50,077 bases of DNA, taken from a virus (lineage: Duplodnaviria > Caudoviricetes). This document shows positions 8,640 to 15,796 of this stretch, in pieces. The stretch is from positions 1 to 50,077 of IMG/VR virus record IMGVR_UViG_3300025519_000005, one strand, 5' to 3'. Position numbers and translations under genes: made by a program. Numbering within the stretch: the stretch's first letter is position 1; each line of letters begins with the position of its first letter. The notes below the pieces were generated by a model that did no database searches, had not been told where the DNA came from, and was given only the letters and a program-made list of their open reading frames with translations.

Positions 8640-8753
8640 TGTTTTTGAATCTATAATTCCAGAAGTCGCCAGATCGGACGACGCAAACCCGCTACTGACG
8701 TTCGGACGGAATTATGACGGAACCGGGGGAGTTTGGTTTAAGAATTAAAATGC

Positions 8754-8795
8754 AAAAATCCCCGCCCAGCCACACAGCCAGGCGGGGTTTCTTTT
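8754..8795. terminator. Bidirectional intrinsic terminator after the endolysin
   Basis: AAAAAT-CCCCGCC-loop-GGCGGGG-TTTCTTTT. Confidence 0.7.
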
Positions 8796-9541
8796 CACTG
8801 TACCGGCATGCCGGCAGCTTTCCGAACCTCATTCGCCAGTCGGTTGAACTCGTCGCGCGCTTCCTTCAACTCGGTGGCAAACCAAGCGGCCGACAGAAAC
8901 CGGATGATCTTTTCCGCATCCTTCGGGTCCATCTTCTGTTTCACCCCCTTCGTGTTCCACCAGCCTTCTCCGCCATAGGACTCGTTCAAGTCCACCGGAT
9001 GGCCCGCAACGATCTGGTCATTTTTGTACTGCCATATATTCGCATGCGGGCTTTTTGCCCCCCGGCTCCAGGCGTACGTCTGCCAGAAATGTCGGCAGAC
9101 GCCCCGCCTCGCCATCTCGTCCACCACGGCGCAAGAGCCATATACGCCGATCTCGTACCCGGCCGGGCAGACCACAGCCGCCGCCGCGCGAAGGTATGCC
9201 TCAATGGCGTCGTAATGGACCGGATGGGCGTCGAAGTCAACGGCGAAATAGATCGCGCTTCCGGCTGGCTGACCGATGAGACGCGCCTCTTGCAACGCCT
9301 CTGCGCCGTCCACGCTGCCCGCCGCGGCGCCGCCGACTGGACGGCCCGCGCTGGTCTCGAACACACTGACGATCATCATGCCTGCCGCCGTGATCACTTC
9401 GGCCTCTGCCCGCGTCAGGCGTTTCCAAGCGTAGCGCTCCGGGACGAGATAACGGCACGCGAAACGATAGCCGGCAGCGGCCAGCGCGGCGGCGGTCTGG
9501 GCTGTCAGCGGGACTGAACAGTCAATTCCCTTCGTTGCCAC
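8795..9541 (-). CDS. Endolysin, DUF1906 (GH25-like) glycoside hydrolase
   Basis: KGIDC, YRFACRYL, WKRLTRAEA, AIYFAVDFD, IGVYGS, WQTYAWSRG. Confidence 0.88.
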   Translation of the reverse strand: MATKGIDCSVPLTAQTAAALAAAGYRFACRYLVPERYAWKRLTRAEAEVITAAGMMIVSVFETSAGRPVGGAAAGSVDGAEALQEARLIGQPAGSAIYFAVDFDAHPVHYDAIEAYLRAAAAVVCPAGYEIGVYGSCAVVDEMARRGVCRHFWQTYAWSRGAKSPHANIWQYKNDQIVAGHPVDLNESYGGEGWWNTKGVKQKMDPKDAEKIIRFLSAAWFATELKEARDEFNRLANEVRKAAGMPVQ

Positions 9542-9854
9542 TGGTATCGTCTCCTTTCTTCGCCCCCGGCGGATTCAGCGCTTTCTCGCTCATGTGTCCG
9601 GCCGTGGCCGCAACGAGAAAGCCGTTGGCGAGCGACAACGCATAGATTCTCCAGTCGCCCGGATTCGCCCCGCCACCGAGCTGCGCAACAACCAGCACGA
9701 CGAACCCGACGATAACAGCGTACAAGGCCGTCGGGAGTCCCGGCACGGCTCTGGCGACGAGTTCTTTCGTATAGAGGACCACCAGATACGTCAACAAAGA
9801 AGCGCCCCCCATGGCGGAGAGAGCTTCCCAGGTAAAGAGTTGGCCTTCTTGCAT
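9522..9854 (-). CDS. Putative holin
   Basis: Three hydrophobic segments; immediately upstream of the endolysin. Confidence 0.7.
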   Translation of the reverse strand: MQEGQLFTWEALSAMGGASLLTYLVVLYTKELVARAVPGLPTALYAVIVGFVVLVVAQLGGGANPGDWRIYALSLANGFLVAATAGHMSEKALNPPGAKKGDDTSGNEGN

Positions 9855-9860
9855 CCTGAA

Positions 9861-10058
9861 TCACTCCCTTGTAATTTTTTGCTTTATGTCCCTGATCTCG
9901 GAGATGATCACGTCGTACTTTTCGCTGAATTTGTCCAAGAGCGATTGCAACCGCGTTTCCCTCTCCCGGTTTGTCCGCATCACATAGATGAGCAGCCATA
10001 CAAAAAGAGCCGCGAATGGCCCTTGCGTGAGGAAATATTTGATGGCTTCTTCCTCCAC
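9861..10058 (-). CDS. bhlA: BhlA/UviB-family holin-like peptide
   Basis: TQGPFAALFVWLLIYVMRTNRERETRL. Confidence 0.88.
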   Translation of the reverse strand: MEEEAIKYFLTQGPFAALFVWLLIYVMRTNRERETRLQSLLDKFSEKYDVIISEIRDIKQKITRE

Positions 10059-10087
10059 GTAACCACCCCCAAATGTAAAGGCCCCGC

Positions 10088-10231
10088 TTATGCGGAGCCC
10101 TGAATCAAATCTTGGCGGTCATGCTCGATCATGTAAGCGTCAATGCCGTCCTGCAGATCTGGCCGGCGCGCGATGACGAATGCATAGTCATACGCCCCGT
10201 CAATGATCCGCTGTGCCATGTATGCGGCCAT
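10088..10231 (-). CDS. Small tail-associated protein, XkdX-like position (not in ORF track)
   Basis: RBS GGAGGTG; MAAYMAQRIIDGAYDYAFVIARRPDLQDGIDAYMIEHDRQDLIQGSA; hairpin GGCTCCGC-ATAA-GCGGGGCC over the stop. Confidence 0.7.
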   Translation of the reverse strand: MAAYMAQRIIDGAYDYAFVIARRPDLQDGIDAYMIEHDRQDLIQGSA

Positions 10232-10269
10232 CACGCACCACCTCCCAAGATCAGGTCATTACCCCTCCA

Positions 10270-10983
10270 TTAAGGCGTTATGGTGACCGGAGAGCCAATC
10301 ATGAACGATATATTTAAAATTTGTGCCGTGTATGATGCGTTTGAAGTCTTTGCCCAAAATTCACATGTGTCATTTGATTCGAAGAATAAATCCTCTACGA
10401 AAGGAACACCGGTAGGAGGCTGTGTAGTAGTTCTTTCGGTGCCATAAGGGATACCATTTTTATATATTCTTGCGAATACAGGTGTTCCATCAGAACCGGA
10501 GGCTAAAGTAAATCTAATACGATAAGTACCAGGGACATTAATCGTAAACGATAAAAGTTTAACATAAACGGTTGAAAGAGTAGTCGCACCATTATAGTAA
10601 GAAAACACTTGATTGTTACCGACTGGATTTACCCCAGACGAACCAACTAAACCAAACAGCGAGATACCGTTACGAATATACTTGGATAGAAAATTCGGGT
10701 CAGTGATTGTGACATAATCATCGACACCGTCCCGGTACCCTTGGGAAGCTAGAAGCTTGAGAGTTGTCCCTGATACTTTAGAGAACAACGCAGGCGTTTC
10801 CCCTGCACGGTTAGGCATTGTTCCTGTGATTTTCTTTCCCTTTGCATACGCGATCCTACCAGAAAGAATATCAGCTGCCGCTGCCGTCGCGTCGTCGGTG
10901 TTGATTCCCGCCCCGACATCCAGCCCCATGAGCGACAGCCCGCCAACAGTCCCGAAATTCCGATTCATCGCCGCGTTTCTCAT
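10270..10983 (-). CDS. Tail fibre / receptor-binding protein
   Basis: DATAAAADILSGRIAYAKGKKITGTMPNR fibre repeat, beta-rich C-terminal domain, position after the baseplate genes. Confidence 0.75.
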   Translation of the reverse strand: MRNAAMNRNFGTVGGLSLMGLDVGAGINTDDATAAAADILSGRIAYAKGKKITGTMPNRAGETPALFSKVSGTTLKLLASQGYRDGVDDYVTITDPNFLSKYIRNGISLFGLVGSSGVNPVGNNQVFSYYNGATTLSTVYVKLLSFTINVPGTYRIRFTLASGSDGTPVFARIYKNGIPYGTERTTTQPPTGVPFVEDLFFESNDTCEFWAKTSNASYTAQILNISFMIGSPVTITP

Positions 10984-11312
10984 AGTTCCTCCTCAATCCC
11001 GAGAACGGTGATCGTGACGTCCGTCCCGGCGTCCTGCTTGGCGCTGAACGTCTCTCCGGAAAGCAGCACGATGCCGGTGTCGGTCAGCAGTGTCGATGCG
11101 AACGGGTCAAGCTGGAGCTGCTGGACGAGCGTGTTCGCCGCGGCGGTGCCGTAGGCGTACAGCGTCACCTTGCGCGTGCTGGAACTGGTGTTGGCAATGA
11201 AGATTTTGAGCAGCTCCTTGCGCCTCCCGGATTCGCCTGTGACGACGGTAACCGGCGTGGTGTTGAGCGCGGTCTGGCCGAATTTTTTCGGCGTGCGGTC
11301 TCCTTGCGCCAT
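10980..11312 (-). CDS. Tail-fibre-associated protein
   Basis: Beta-rich 110 aa, coupled between the fibre ORFs. Confidence 0.6.
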   Translation of the reverse strand: MAQGDRTPKKFGQTALNTTPVTVVTGESGRRKELLKIFIANTSSSTRKVTLYAYGTAAANTLVQQLQLDPFASTLLTDTGIVLLSGETFSAKQDAGTDVTITVLGIEEEL

Positions 11313-11479
11313 TAGAGCATCCCTCCCATGGACAGCGTTCGTTTGAGGTTGATCTGCGCCTGCCGGACCTCGTCGCGCAGCTCCTCCACCGCTGCAGCGT
11401 TGTCATTGATCTCCTGGCCCATCTGGTTCATGTCGGAGGGCTGAACCACGTCACCCAATTGCCAGTCTGTTTTCGCCAT
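11312..11479 (-). CDS. Short tail-fibre N-terminal-like protein
   Basis: MAKTDWQLGDVVQPSDMNQMGQEIN, a motif usually found at fibre N-termini; RBS AAGGAGG. Confidence 0.6.
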   Translation of the reverse strand: MAKTDWQLGDVVQPSDMNQMGQEINDNAAAVEELRDEVRQAQINLKRTLSMGGML

Positions 11480-11480
11480 G

Positions 11481-11765
11481 TTACGAAGCCTCCTTGATGG
11501 TAATCGTCTGCACAAGCAAGGTGTCCGAGGTAACCGGAACGTACACGTCGTTGTAGCTGATCGTCGCCCCCGCGGCGTCCTTCAGCTCGATCGTCGTAAT
11601 GAGGGACACTTCCGCGGCCGGAACGATGTAGTTCAGCGCCAGCACGTTGTCGGTGACCTCTTTGACTTGGAACGTCGTGATCTCATACGCACCGTTGAGG
11701 ACGACCTTGGCGACCTTCGTATTCGTGAACTCGGCAACTTCGTGAAGAAATTCAGCCGTTATCAC
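11481..11765 (-). CDS. Baseplate/tail protein
   Basis: GTG start with GGAGGTG RBS; overlaps the XkdU-like stop. Confidence 0.65.
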   Translation of the reverse strand: MITAEFLHEVAEFTNTKVAKVVLNGAYEITTFQVKEVTDNVLALNYIVPAAEVSLITTIELKDAAGATISYNDVYVPVTSDTLLVQTITIKEAS

Positions 11766-12346
11766 TTCACAATCACCTCCGGACCGACGCTGGCAAAAGG
11801 AACGGCGCCGAGCTGCCACGAGCCTAGCCGCGTTTCCCAGGTCAACGTGCGCATCGATACGCGTTCTTCCAGCTCGACTGTGTCGCCCAGAGCCGTGTTC
11901 TGCTGGTAGATCAGATTGGCCGGCTTGATCGTCTCGACGGTGAACTGGACTTCCTTGAACACGTTCGCGTTTTCGATGTTGGCCGTCACGTACAAAATGA
12001 ACTGCTGCACGTCGACCGACACAATCGCCAAACCCGGGCCGACCAGGGAGTCCAGTTGCTGCTGCAGGTAGCGAACAGTGAACGGCGGTTTTGTCGAATA
12101 CCGGTTGATGAGCCGCTTGCGCCGGAAATCGAGCGACTCCGTCGCCGGGTCCGCCTGAATGCCGAGCATTTGCTCCCGGCGCTTTACGGCGTCAGCGCTG
12201 GCAGTCATGACAAATTGATCGTCGAAAAGCCGCTGAACTGCCGCTTCCAGGCTGTCCAGCTCAATGGTCTCGGTCCCGGCCAAGTCGGTAAAGTCTTTGA
12301 TCTCCCGGTAGTAGTCCGGCAGATAAGGCATGATGCGATCAGACAT
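11762..12346 (-). CDS. xkdU: Baseplate protein, DUF2313/XkdU-like
   Basis: YLPDYYREI..QFVMTA..RREQMLGI..ESLDFRR..IKPANL. Confidence 0.85.
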   Translation of the reverse strand: MSDRIMPYLPDYYREIKDFTDLAGTETIELDSLEAAVQRLFDDQFVMTASADAVKRREQMLGIQADPATESLDFRRKRLINRYSTKPPFTVRYLQQQLDSLVGPGLAIVSVDVQQFILYVTANIENANVFKEVQFTVETIKPANLIYQQNTALGDTVELEERVSMRTLTWETRLGSWQLGAVPFASVGPEVIVK

Positions 12347-13418
12347 CGATCGTCACCGTCCCCAGCGCCGGAATCTCTTCCGGCCCCAGCGCAACGTTCG
12401 CCGCGCTGCCGTTCAGCGTCGTCCCGGCCACGTCGATGACGCCGGGCACCGCCAAGATGGCGGCCTCGATCAGCGCCACCCGGACGACAAGCTGCGACTG
12501 ACCAGCCCAGTCTTTCCGGAGGCCAAGCAAGTACGCCCCGATCGCTTCTTCAATCGGCCCTTGCACCTGGCCGACCGTCACGCCGTCCGCCAGCGTCACG
12601 GTCGTGATCACGTCGATGGACACCGATTGCACGCCGGCGATCGTCACCTGATGGCCGATCGGCGCTGTTCCGAGTCCCTGCCCGCTGCTGGTCGGCGGAT
12701 CGATGATGTTCTGCACCTCGTCCACCAGCTGCGCAGACGGCGCGCTCCAGTCGGAAGCGATGATCGTGCACTTGACCGTGCCGCCGCCGTTCCAGACCGG
12801 AAACACCTTGACCCCGCCGACGCCGTCTATGGCGCCCACCTTCTGCTTGTAATCGGCCACGTTCCCGCCGAAAGCCGGCCGGCTGATCTCCTCGTAAAAC
12901 CGCTTCCGCAACGTTTCGTCGTCTTCCTCGTCTTCCCCCGGCACAAGCACCGCGCCGAGCTCCGCCCGGGAGAGTCCCGGGACGTAATTGATCGGCAGCA
13001 GCGCGCCGAAATATGAATTTCCGACAGTTCCGGCCGTCTCGCATTCCATGTTGTAGACGCCGGTGCTGATCTTGCTGACGGCGGCGTAGTTCACACCTTC
13101 GATCGAAAACCGGCTGCCGAGCGGGATGTCGAGCGGAGCGTCCCCAACGCCGTAAAACCGCCCTTCCCGCTGGGCTTTGGTGGCCGGCCGCCGGACGACC
13201 CCGAACTCGGCGGTCCGCCTGCTCAAGTATTCGCCGCTCGCGGTGTCGGCGAATGACAGGTTGTAGTTGATGTCGAGCTCTGCATACAACTGGGCGAGCT
13301 CGGCGGCCGCCGGCGCCAAGGCATCATAGATGACCGACCCCGGCCGCTTGTCGATGTCGTCCGGCACCCGGTCCAGCATGCGCTGCAAGATCGCCTCGTA
13401 GGTCTGCGCCTCATACAC
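12339..13418 (-). CDS. xkdT: Baseplate J / XkdT-like protein
   Basis: DKRPGSVIYDALAP, GEDEEDDETLR, FGGNVADY, PVWNGGGTVK, APIGH. Confidence 0.92.
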   Translation of the reverse strand: MYEAQTYEAILQRMLDRVPDDIDKRPGSVIYDALAPAAAELAQLYAELDINYNLSFADTASGEYLSRRTAEFGVVRRPATKAQREGRFYGVGDAPLDIPLGSRFSIEGVNYAAVSKISTGVYNMECETAGTVGNSYFGALLPINYVPGLSRAELGAVLVPGEDEEDDETLRKRFYEEISRPAFGGNVADYKQKVGAIDGVGGVKVFPVWNGGGTVKCTIIASDWSAPSAQLVDEVQNIIDPPTSSGQGLGTAPIGHQVTIAGVQSVSIDVITTVTLADGVTVGQVQGPIEEAIGAYLLGLRKDWAGQSQLVVRVALIEAAILAVPGVIDVAGTTLNGSAANVALGPEEIPALGTVTIDV

Positions 13419-13812
13419 GCGCCGTCACCTCCTGCTCAAAAGATCCAAACGACGACACGACCGTGAACCGAACCGTGGCGGAATCCCCGGCGATGTCGAT
13501 TTGAAAGTCCTTCACGCTGTCGATCCGATCGTCCTGTGTCAGCGCTTCGGTGATCCGCCGGCGTAGCTCCGATTGAACGAATGCCGGATCCCGGCCGATC
13601 AGGCCGTCCAGTTCAATGCCGTAATCCGCGTCGTAGATCAAATGCCGGAACCGCTCGGTCTGCGTTATCTTGGTCACCGCCTGCCGTACCGCATCGAGCC
13701 CATCGATCGTTCCCGCCACGCGGCCGCGGGTGAAGTCGAGCGACCACGTGCGAGATGGCTGCACGACCACATCGGTATTCTCCGGGCTGATGCTTCCGCC
13801 TGTCGGGATCAT
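13411..13812 (-). CDS. xkdS: DUF2634/XkdS-like (gp25-like) baseplate protein
   Basis: TERFRHLIYDADYGIEL..EALTQDDRI. Confidence 0.88.
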   Translation of the reverse strand: MIPTGGSISPENTDVVVQPSRTWSLDFTRGRVAGTIDGLDAVRQAVTKITQTERFRHLIYDADYGIELDGLIGRDPAFVQSELRRRITEALTQDDRIDSVKDFQIDIAGDSATVRFTVVSSFGSFEQEVTARV

Positions 13813-14144
13813 GTCTCCACCACCTTGTCCAAAATCAAATATCGCTGCCCGCCCTGAAGCCGGAGCAGCACGACCCGGTCGCCGGCCTGCAGCCCCGGAC
13901 GAACGACGACAGGCTCCGTCAGCGCATCCCCTGTCGTGCCGTCGCCGTAGGTATGATGGTGCTTCAAGTCAAGTTCGAGCCGCGTCAGCGATTCCGGCAC
14001 GACCAAAAAATCCGCATCGAGTGTAAACCGTTGGTCCACGTTTACCTCGAGCGGATCCGCACTTGTGACCGTCCCGAACACGACCGCGACCGGATTTGAC
14101 GCCTCTACGGCGGTCATCGCGGCTTTGCGAATCGCATCCAGCAT
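13809..14144 (-). CDS. xkdR: DUF2577/XkdR-like spike protein
   Basis: FGTVTSADPLEV..LQAGDRVVLLRLQGGQRYLILD. Confidence 0.85.
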   Translation of the reverse strand: MLDAIRKAAMTAVEASNPVAVVFGTVTSADPLEVNVDQRFTLDADFLVVPESLTRLELDLKHHHTYGDGTTGDALTEPVVVRPGLQAGDRVVLLRLQGGQRYLILDKVVET

Positions 14145-14145
14145 C

Positions 14146-15114
14146 TCATATCACCTTCAATGTAATGGACATCGTATGGTCAGCGCCGTCGAACCGGTGG
14201 GTCACCTCGTCGACCATCATGCGCTGATTGATACCCAAAGAGTCGACACGAATCGGCAAATACATCCCCGCGCGAACCCGGATATCTCCGACAGCACTCA
14301 GTTTCAGCGCGCGCTGCTCTCGGTTCTTAAGCGTGGCGAGCTGCGTGAGCCGCTCGTTGATTTGCGCGGCGTTCATGTTCTCGTCCACGCTCTCGTAATA
14401 CTGCAGTACGCCCCACCGGGCGATGTTGGCGCTGTCGCGGGCCTCGTAAACGTCGCGCTTGCCGGTCTTTTGATTGTCCCGATACAGCTTGATCTGGTTG
14501 TACGTGTCACTGTCGATGTCCGCGCTGTAATCGAACCCCGTCATCAGGCTTTCGTCGCCGATGTAGAAATCCGCTTGGAAGGCGCTGACACGGCGGAGCG
14601 ACAAGGCGCCGAAGTCATCGAAGAAGACGAAGAACTGGTTGGCGTTGTAGAGCGTCAGTGTGTTGGCCTTCTCGATGATATCGAGCAGTGTCTGGCCGTC
14701 CTCGATCATCAACGGGATTTTGTACCCGGTACTGTCGATGCGTCCGACTTTCAGCTGAAAATCCTTGGCAATCTGCTTGATAATGTCGCCGGTCTCTACG
14801 TTTTTGAACTTGTAGGTGTCCTTGTTCAACAGGTACCGGACCTGGTCATAGGCGGTTACGCTGATCTCGCGCTCTTGGTTGCTTCCGATCTTGAAAACGT
14901 AGCCGTAGAAGACATTGACGTCATCCTTCCGAACCCTCACAACGTCGCCGTTGTTCACCGTAAACATCGGATCCTGATAAATGCCGTTGTTCACCAGCGT
15001 AAATTCCAGCGACGCCGGCTTGCCGATGCGGGTCGTCGTCCAGGTCACGTTCTCAACGATTTGTGAGACGTCCCAGACGCGGCCGTTTTTGTTGTCGATC
15101 AGGACTTCAAGCAA
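14146..15114 (-). CDS. xkdQ: XkdQ-like baseplate hub
   Basis: FYGYVF, AYDQVRYL, FFDDFGAL, TYNQIKL, RWGVLQY. Confidence 0.87.
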   Translation of the reverse strand: MLEVLIDNKNGRVWDVSQIVENVTWTTTRIGKPASLEFTLVNNGIYQDPMFTVNNGDVVRVRKDDVNVFYGYVFKIGSNQEREISVTAYDQVRYLLNKDTYKFKNVETGDIIKQIAKDFQLKVGRIDSTGYKIPLMIEDGQTLLDIIEKANTLTLYNANQFFVFFDDFGALSLRRVSAFQADFYIGDESLMTGFDYSADIDSDTYNQIKLYRDNQKTGKRDVYEARDSANIARWGVLQYYESVDENMNAAQINERLTQLATLKNREQRALKLSAVGDIRVRAGMYLPIRVDSLGINQRMMVDEVTHRFDGADHTMSITLKVI

Positions 15115-15796
15115 TGGCGCCGCCCCCAGCCGCCGGAAGCTTCAATTTCATGCCGACCGGCAGTTTTTTCAGCTGCGCATCGCTCAGGCCGTTGAGTTTT
15201 TGAATCTCGCGCCACCGGGAACCGTCGCCGAGCGCCTTCTGCGCCACGGCCCAAAGCGTGTCCCCCGCGGCGAGCGTATACGTCTTGGGCGGCACGCGAT
15301 CGTCCGCGCGCTTCGGCGGCGCCTTGGAAATCCGGACAGCCCCTCCGGACGGCGAAGCCGCCGGCTGCACACGCTGCGCGGCGTAAAACCGATACTCTTT
15401 CAGCTTCAGCGAAAACTCGATGTCGCCGGGCGCTCCGGCTTTTTCCTTCCATTCGAACGATTCGATGCTGGCTGGGGTGTTGACTTCCATCGTGGCTGTC
15501 ACCGCTGTAAGCCGGATCGGGCGTTTCGTCTCCCACCAACGCATGATGTAGTCGATGTATTGGCGGGGCTCCAGCAACTCCGCCGCAGTGACATAAGGAT
15601 ACCGCTGCGCCGGGAAAATGCTCTCGATCGTGTACTCGGCGAGTTCGCGGTCCTTGATCACGTTGATTTTCCCCATCCCGACCACGTCATGCCCGGAACC
15701 GTCCCCGCCGACGGACGCGCCGATTTCGCCGGGGAGGACCGGCAGATCGAAGCCTTCCTCCTGGTTGTTCCAGCTCAGCCAGACGCCGTAACTCAT
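15107..15796 (-). CDS. xkdP: XkdP-like LysM tail tube initiator
   Basis: LPVLPGEI, LKLKEYR, C-terminal LysM YTLAAGDTLWAVA. Confidence 0.88.
   Translation of the reverse strand: MSYGVWLSWNNQEEGFDLPVLPGEIGASVGGDGSGHDVVGMGKINVIKDRELAEYTIESIFPAQRYPYVTAAELLEPRQYIDYIMRWWETKRPIRLTAVTATMEVNTPASIESFEWKEKAGAPGDIEFSLKLKEYRFYAAQRVQPAASPSGGAVRISKAPPKRADDRVPPKTYTLAAGDTLWAVAQKALGDGSRWREIQKLNGLSDAQLKKLPVGMKLKLPAAGGGAIA

Larger units (their letters stand above)
1..8640. mobile_element. Phage early/immunity module A (switch, recombination and replication genes), truncated by the left window edge, no integrase seen
   Basis: Divergent HTH repressor/Cro pair, BRO antirepressor, SMC-like ATPase, RecT, MBL, O-like initiator and DnaB N-terminus in typical Firmicute phage order. 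Confidence 0.85.

Noticed and set aside
1-8640. Module A as a classical PICI/P4 satellite
   Set aside because: No integrase next to the repressor and no pri-rep gene; content (RecT, SMC, MBL, O, DnaB) is that of a full phage early region.
8463-8795. att site separating two tandem prophages
   Set aside because: No copy of the tRNA-Leu 3' end or the TTCGTCCCCAA arm repeat was visible; reported as a finding on its absence instead.
10270-10983. Diversity-generating retroelement or invertible tail-fibre shufflon
   Set aside because: No reverse transcriptase, template repeat, invertase or inverted alternative tips seen in the window.
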